A stretch of 63,936 nucleotides of DNA, the filler included, from Pirum gemmata (lineage: Eukaryota), in the NCBI GenBank assembly GCA_002812295.1. It is 16 parts of 16 records of this genome, joined end to end, with 100 filler letters (N's around TTAATTAATTAA, not from the genome) between each part and the next. Parts side by side here need not be neighbours in the genome. Positions count along the whole stretch, not along the records: positions 61,057 to 63,936 come from PDIN01001941.1; 15 more parts are not named here. One strand, given 5' to 3'. Made by a program: the position numbers and the translations under genes. The notes under the pieces are model-generated. The model saw only the letters and a list, made by a program, of their open reading frames with translations. It was not told the origin of the DNA and ran no database searches. Of the stretch, positions 61,399 through 63,936 are shown piece after piece (the first letter of the stretch is position 1; each line of letters starts with the position of its first letter).

Positions 61399-63103
61399 TA
61401 TCGTGCTTTTCATTTATTTTGTCACTCTGAATATTTATTTGGAGGGTTATAATCTTTAAATTGACCAAATTAAATTAAATGGATTTATATTGTATTAATT
61501 TGGTACTATTTATTGTTTATTTTATAATGACAAAATAAATGAAAAACACTATAGTAGTAGTACAAGGTAGTTGTATTATGAAACAAGTCAACAAACAACA
61601 ACTACCAGTATGTAACTGTAGCAAGTACCTACAGGTTACAACTAGACTATGATATTAAACTAACTAGCTATGATACAACTAGACTATGATATTAAACTAA
61701 CTAGCTATGATACAACTAACTACCTGCAGTTTTATCCTGGCAGTTTTATGATAATCCAATGACTTCAAAAAAAGGTTCTTTTTTTGAAGTCCTTGGATAA
61801 TCCAAAAAAAAAAAATAAAAAAAAGGTTCTGTTTTCCTTTTTGGAGAAATCTTTTTTTTTTTCGAATTTCGCTGCTTTTCGTACTTTCATTTTTTAAAAA
61901 ATATTAAATTGGAAGAATTTTGCATGTTCATCTGGGATTCTGGGCCATGTCGCAATTTTTATCCAGCTTGGCTGTAAAAAAAAATAATAAATATAAATAT
62001 ACCTTAGTCAGCTACTAATAGTTTGTATCGGCATTACTATTAAAGCTGATATATATACCGGTAGTATATATATCATATATATGGGATTATGATACAAACT
62101 ATTAGTAGAGAGTCTAGCTAGGTAGTAGTTACTACTAAAACTGAACCCTATAGTAGTCTACTGTTAAGTACTTGTTAAGTATAAAATACCAAATTAATTA
62201 AAAAATGTCTGATAGTTTGACTATTATAATAATAATTTGATAGGTGACATGGTGTACTTTTTAAATTTCATTTCAGTTTTTTCAAGAACTAGACAACGCT
62301 ACTAAATAAATAGAGGTCATTATATTATAATAATGTTTATACAGATTTTTAATACATAGCGGTATAAAATACAATTTTCATTTCCTTTTGCAGAATTTGC
62401 ATTTTGTGATGAATCTGAAGTTCTGAACTGTTTCAAGTAACTTTGGCTCTTAGAGTAGATGTTGGCATCATGTTGCGGTCTCGATCGAGGTTGCGGTTTT
62501 TTTTAATTAAAATTATTATTATTTTTTTTATTAATTAAAAACATAGTAGAGGGGTGTACTCAGGGTGTACTAAGGGTTAGGTAGGTAGAGGACCCAGGGA
62601 GGGTCTTGATCGGTCTCAATAATAATAATAATGTTATTTAAAAGTGTCAATTTAAACATTATAACCCCCCCAAATAAATATTCAGAGTGACAAAATAAAT
62701 GAAATGCACGATATTGAGTATTATAAAATATCGTGCTTAAAATTTCATTTATTTTGTTATTGTTATTGTTATTATTGTTATTGTTATTGTTATTGTTATT
62801 GTTATTGTTATTGTTATTGTGGATTTTGTCCCAATTGGTCTCTGACGACTTTTAAATTAATTACCGATAAGAATTACAGATAATAAAACCATGGTATTCA
62901 CTATCCAGTAGTAATATAGTGCTTTTCGGTTGTTTTGTCATCATGTAATATACAATAAATAGTACCAAATAAATACAATATAAATCTATTTGATATTTTT
63001 TGGTATATTTTATTATTTATGTATTGATTTAAAAATGTCAATTTAAATATTATAACCCTCCAAATAAATATTTAGAGTAACAAAATTAATGAAAAGCACG
63101 ATA
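61399..63103. mobile_element. MITE family A copies
   Basis: 61399-61553(+, internally deleted), 62641-62713(-, partial) and 62915-63103(-, full length). Confidence 0.85.
61757..61795. mobile_element. 39-bp TIR-only element with CA...TG ends and 7-bp TSD
   Basis: CAATGACTTCAAAAAAAG-GTT-CTTTTTTTGAAGTCCTTG flanked by GATAATC at 61750-61756 and 61796-61802. Related CAAGGACTT...AGTCCTTG at 10994-11022. Confidence 0.6.
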
Positions 63104-63254
63104 TATACTAGTAATATCCTGTACTGCAGTCTGAGACAGCTTCTGAGACTCTGAGCCAAACTCAGGACTCTCAGAGACTCAGTCTGACTCTGACCATTAG
63201 TTTTTAAAAAATAGCAGTTTAGCACCCATCGTGATATTATCATAATTATTATTA

Positions 63255-63494
63255 GGGAGAGTTCCTGTCAAATACAGCTTGAAATACCCCCCCTACCTAC
63301 CTACCCCTCGACGTTAATTTCCGGTCAAATACCACCTACCTACAGTCTACCTACCTACCCCTTGACGTGACGCTCCATTATCATAATAATGTCAGACCTT
63401 TTATGAACGTTCAAATAATACGTCACGTCAAGGGGTAGGTAGGTAGCTGGTATTTGACCGGAAATTAACGTCATGGGGTAGATAGGTAGGGGTA
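63255..63494. mobile_element. Two family E (Harbinger-like) copies in inverted orientation
   Basis: 63255-~63375(+) and ~63406-63494(-) both match 9296-9443. Confidence 0.75.
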
Positions 63495-63495
63495 N

Positions 63496-63557
<62 letters not shown>

Positions 63558-63936
63558 CATATCATACAAAAAAATTTATTTGATAATAATAATAAAAAAA
63601 ATAGACTAACCAAGAGTAGTTAGTAGCTAGTAAAAATAAAAATTTAATAAGAAACTTTTAAAATAATTTTTTTTATACCTACCAACTCCTACCAGGTACA
63701 TAATAATAATAATAATTATTATTAGTAAATTACTAAATAAGTGATAATAAACATTCGAAATACTTCGAAATAGGGGAACTTAGTAGGGTTAGGGTTAGGG
63801 TTAAATTCAGGGTATAGGGTTTAGGGTTTAAGGTATGGGTTTAGGCTTAGGGTTAGTGATTTACATATTATATTAATTTGGAGTAGTAATAGCAATAGCA
63901 ATATTATATATAGTAATAGTAATAGTAATAGTAATA

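Overview
This window is not one locus. It is 16 unrelated fragments (mostly ~3.8-3.9 kb) of a very AT-rich, intron-containing eukaryotic genome, joined by 15 identical artificial 100-nt spacers (44 N + TTAATTAATTAA + 44 N). TTAGGG repeats, GT-AG introns and an animal-type glutaminase suggest a unicellular relative of animals or a similar protist (inference only). Recognisable genes: a 9-exon glutaminase-like fragment whose catalytic Lys is replaced by Trp, an ABCA transporter exon, a DCAF4/WDR21-like WD40 terminal exon, a large Cys-rich/LRR type I membrane protein, a decayed intron-containing P-element-type transposase, a tectonin-like terminal exon, and an intronless Pks18/EsPKS1-like type III polyketide synthase. 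All but the PKS are partial. The rest is microsatellite, interstitial telomeric repeat and at least seven MITE-like families. The most striking pattern recurs on independent contigs: exon-intron junctions or gene 3' ends are copied many times in tandem, and the copies are separated by telomeric or simple-repeat tracts. This creates arrays of decoy splice sites. Family assignments come from motif recognition by eye, not database searches.
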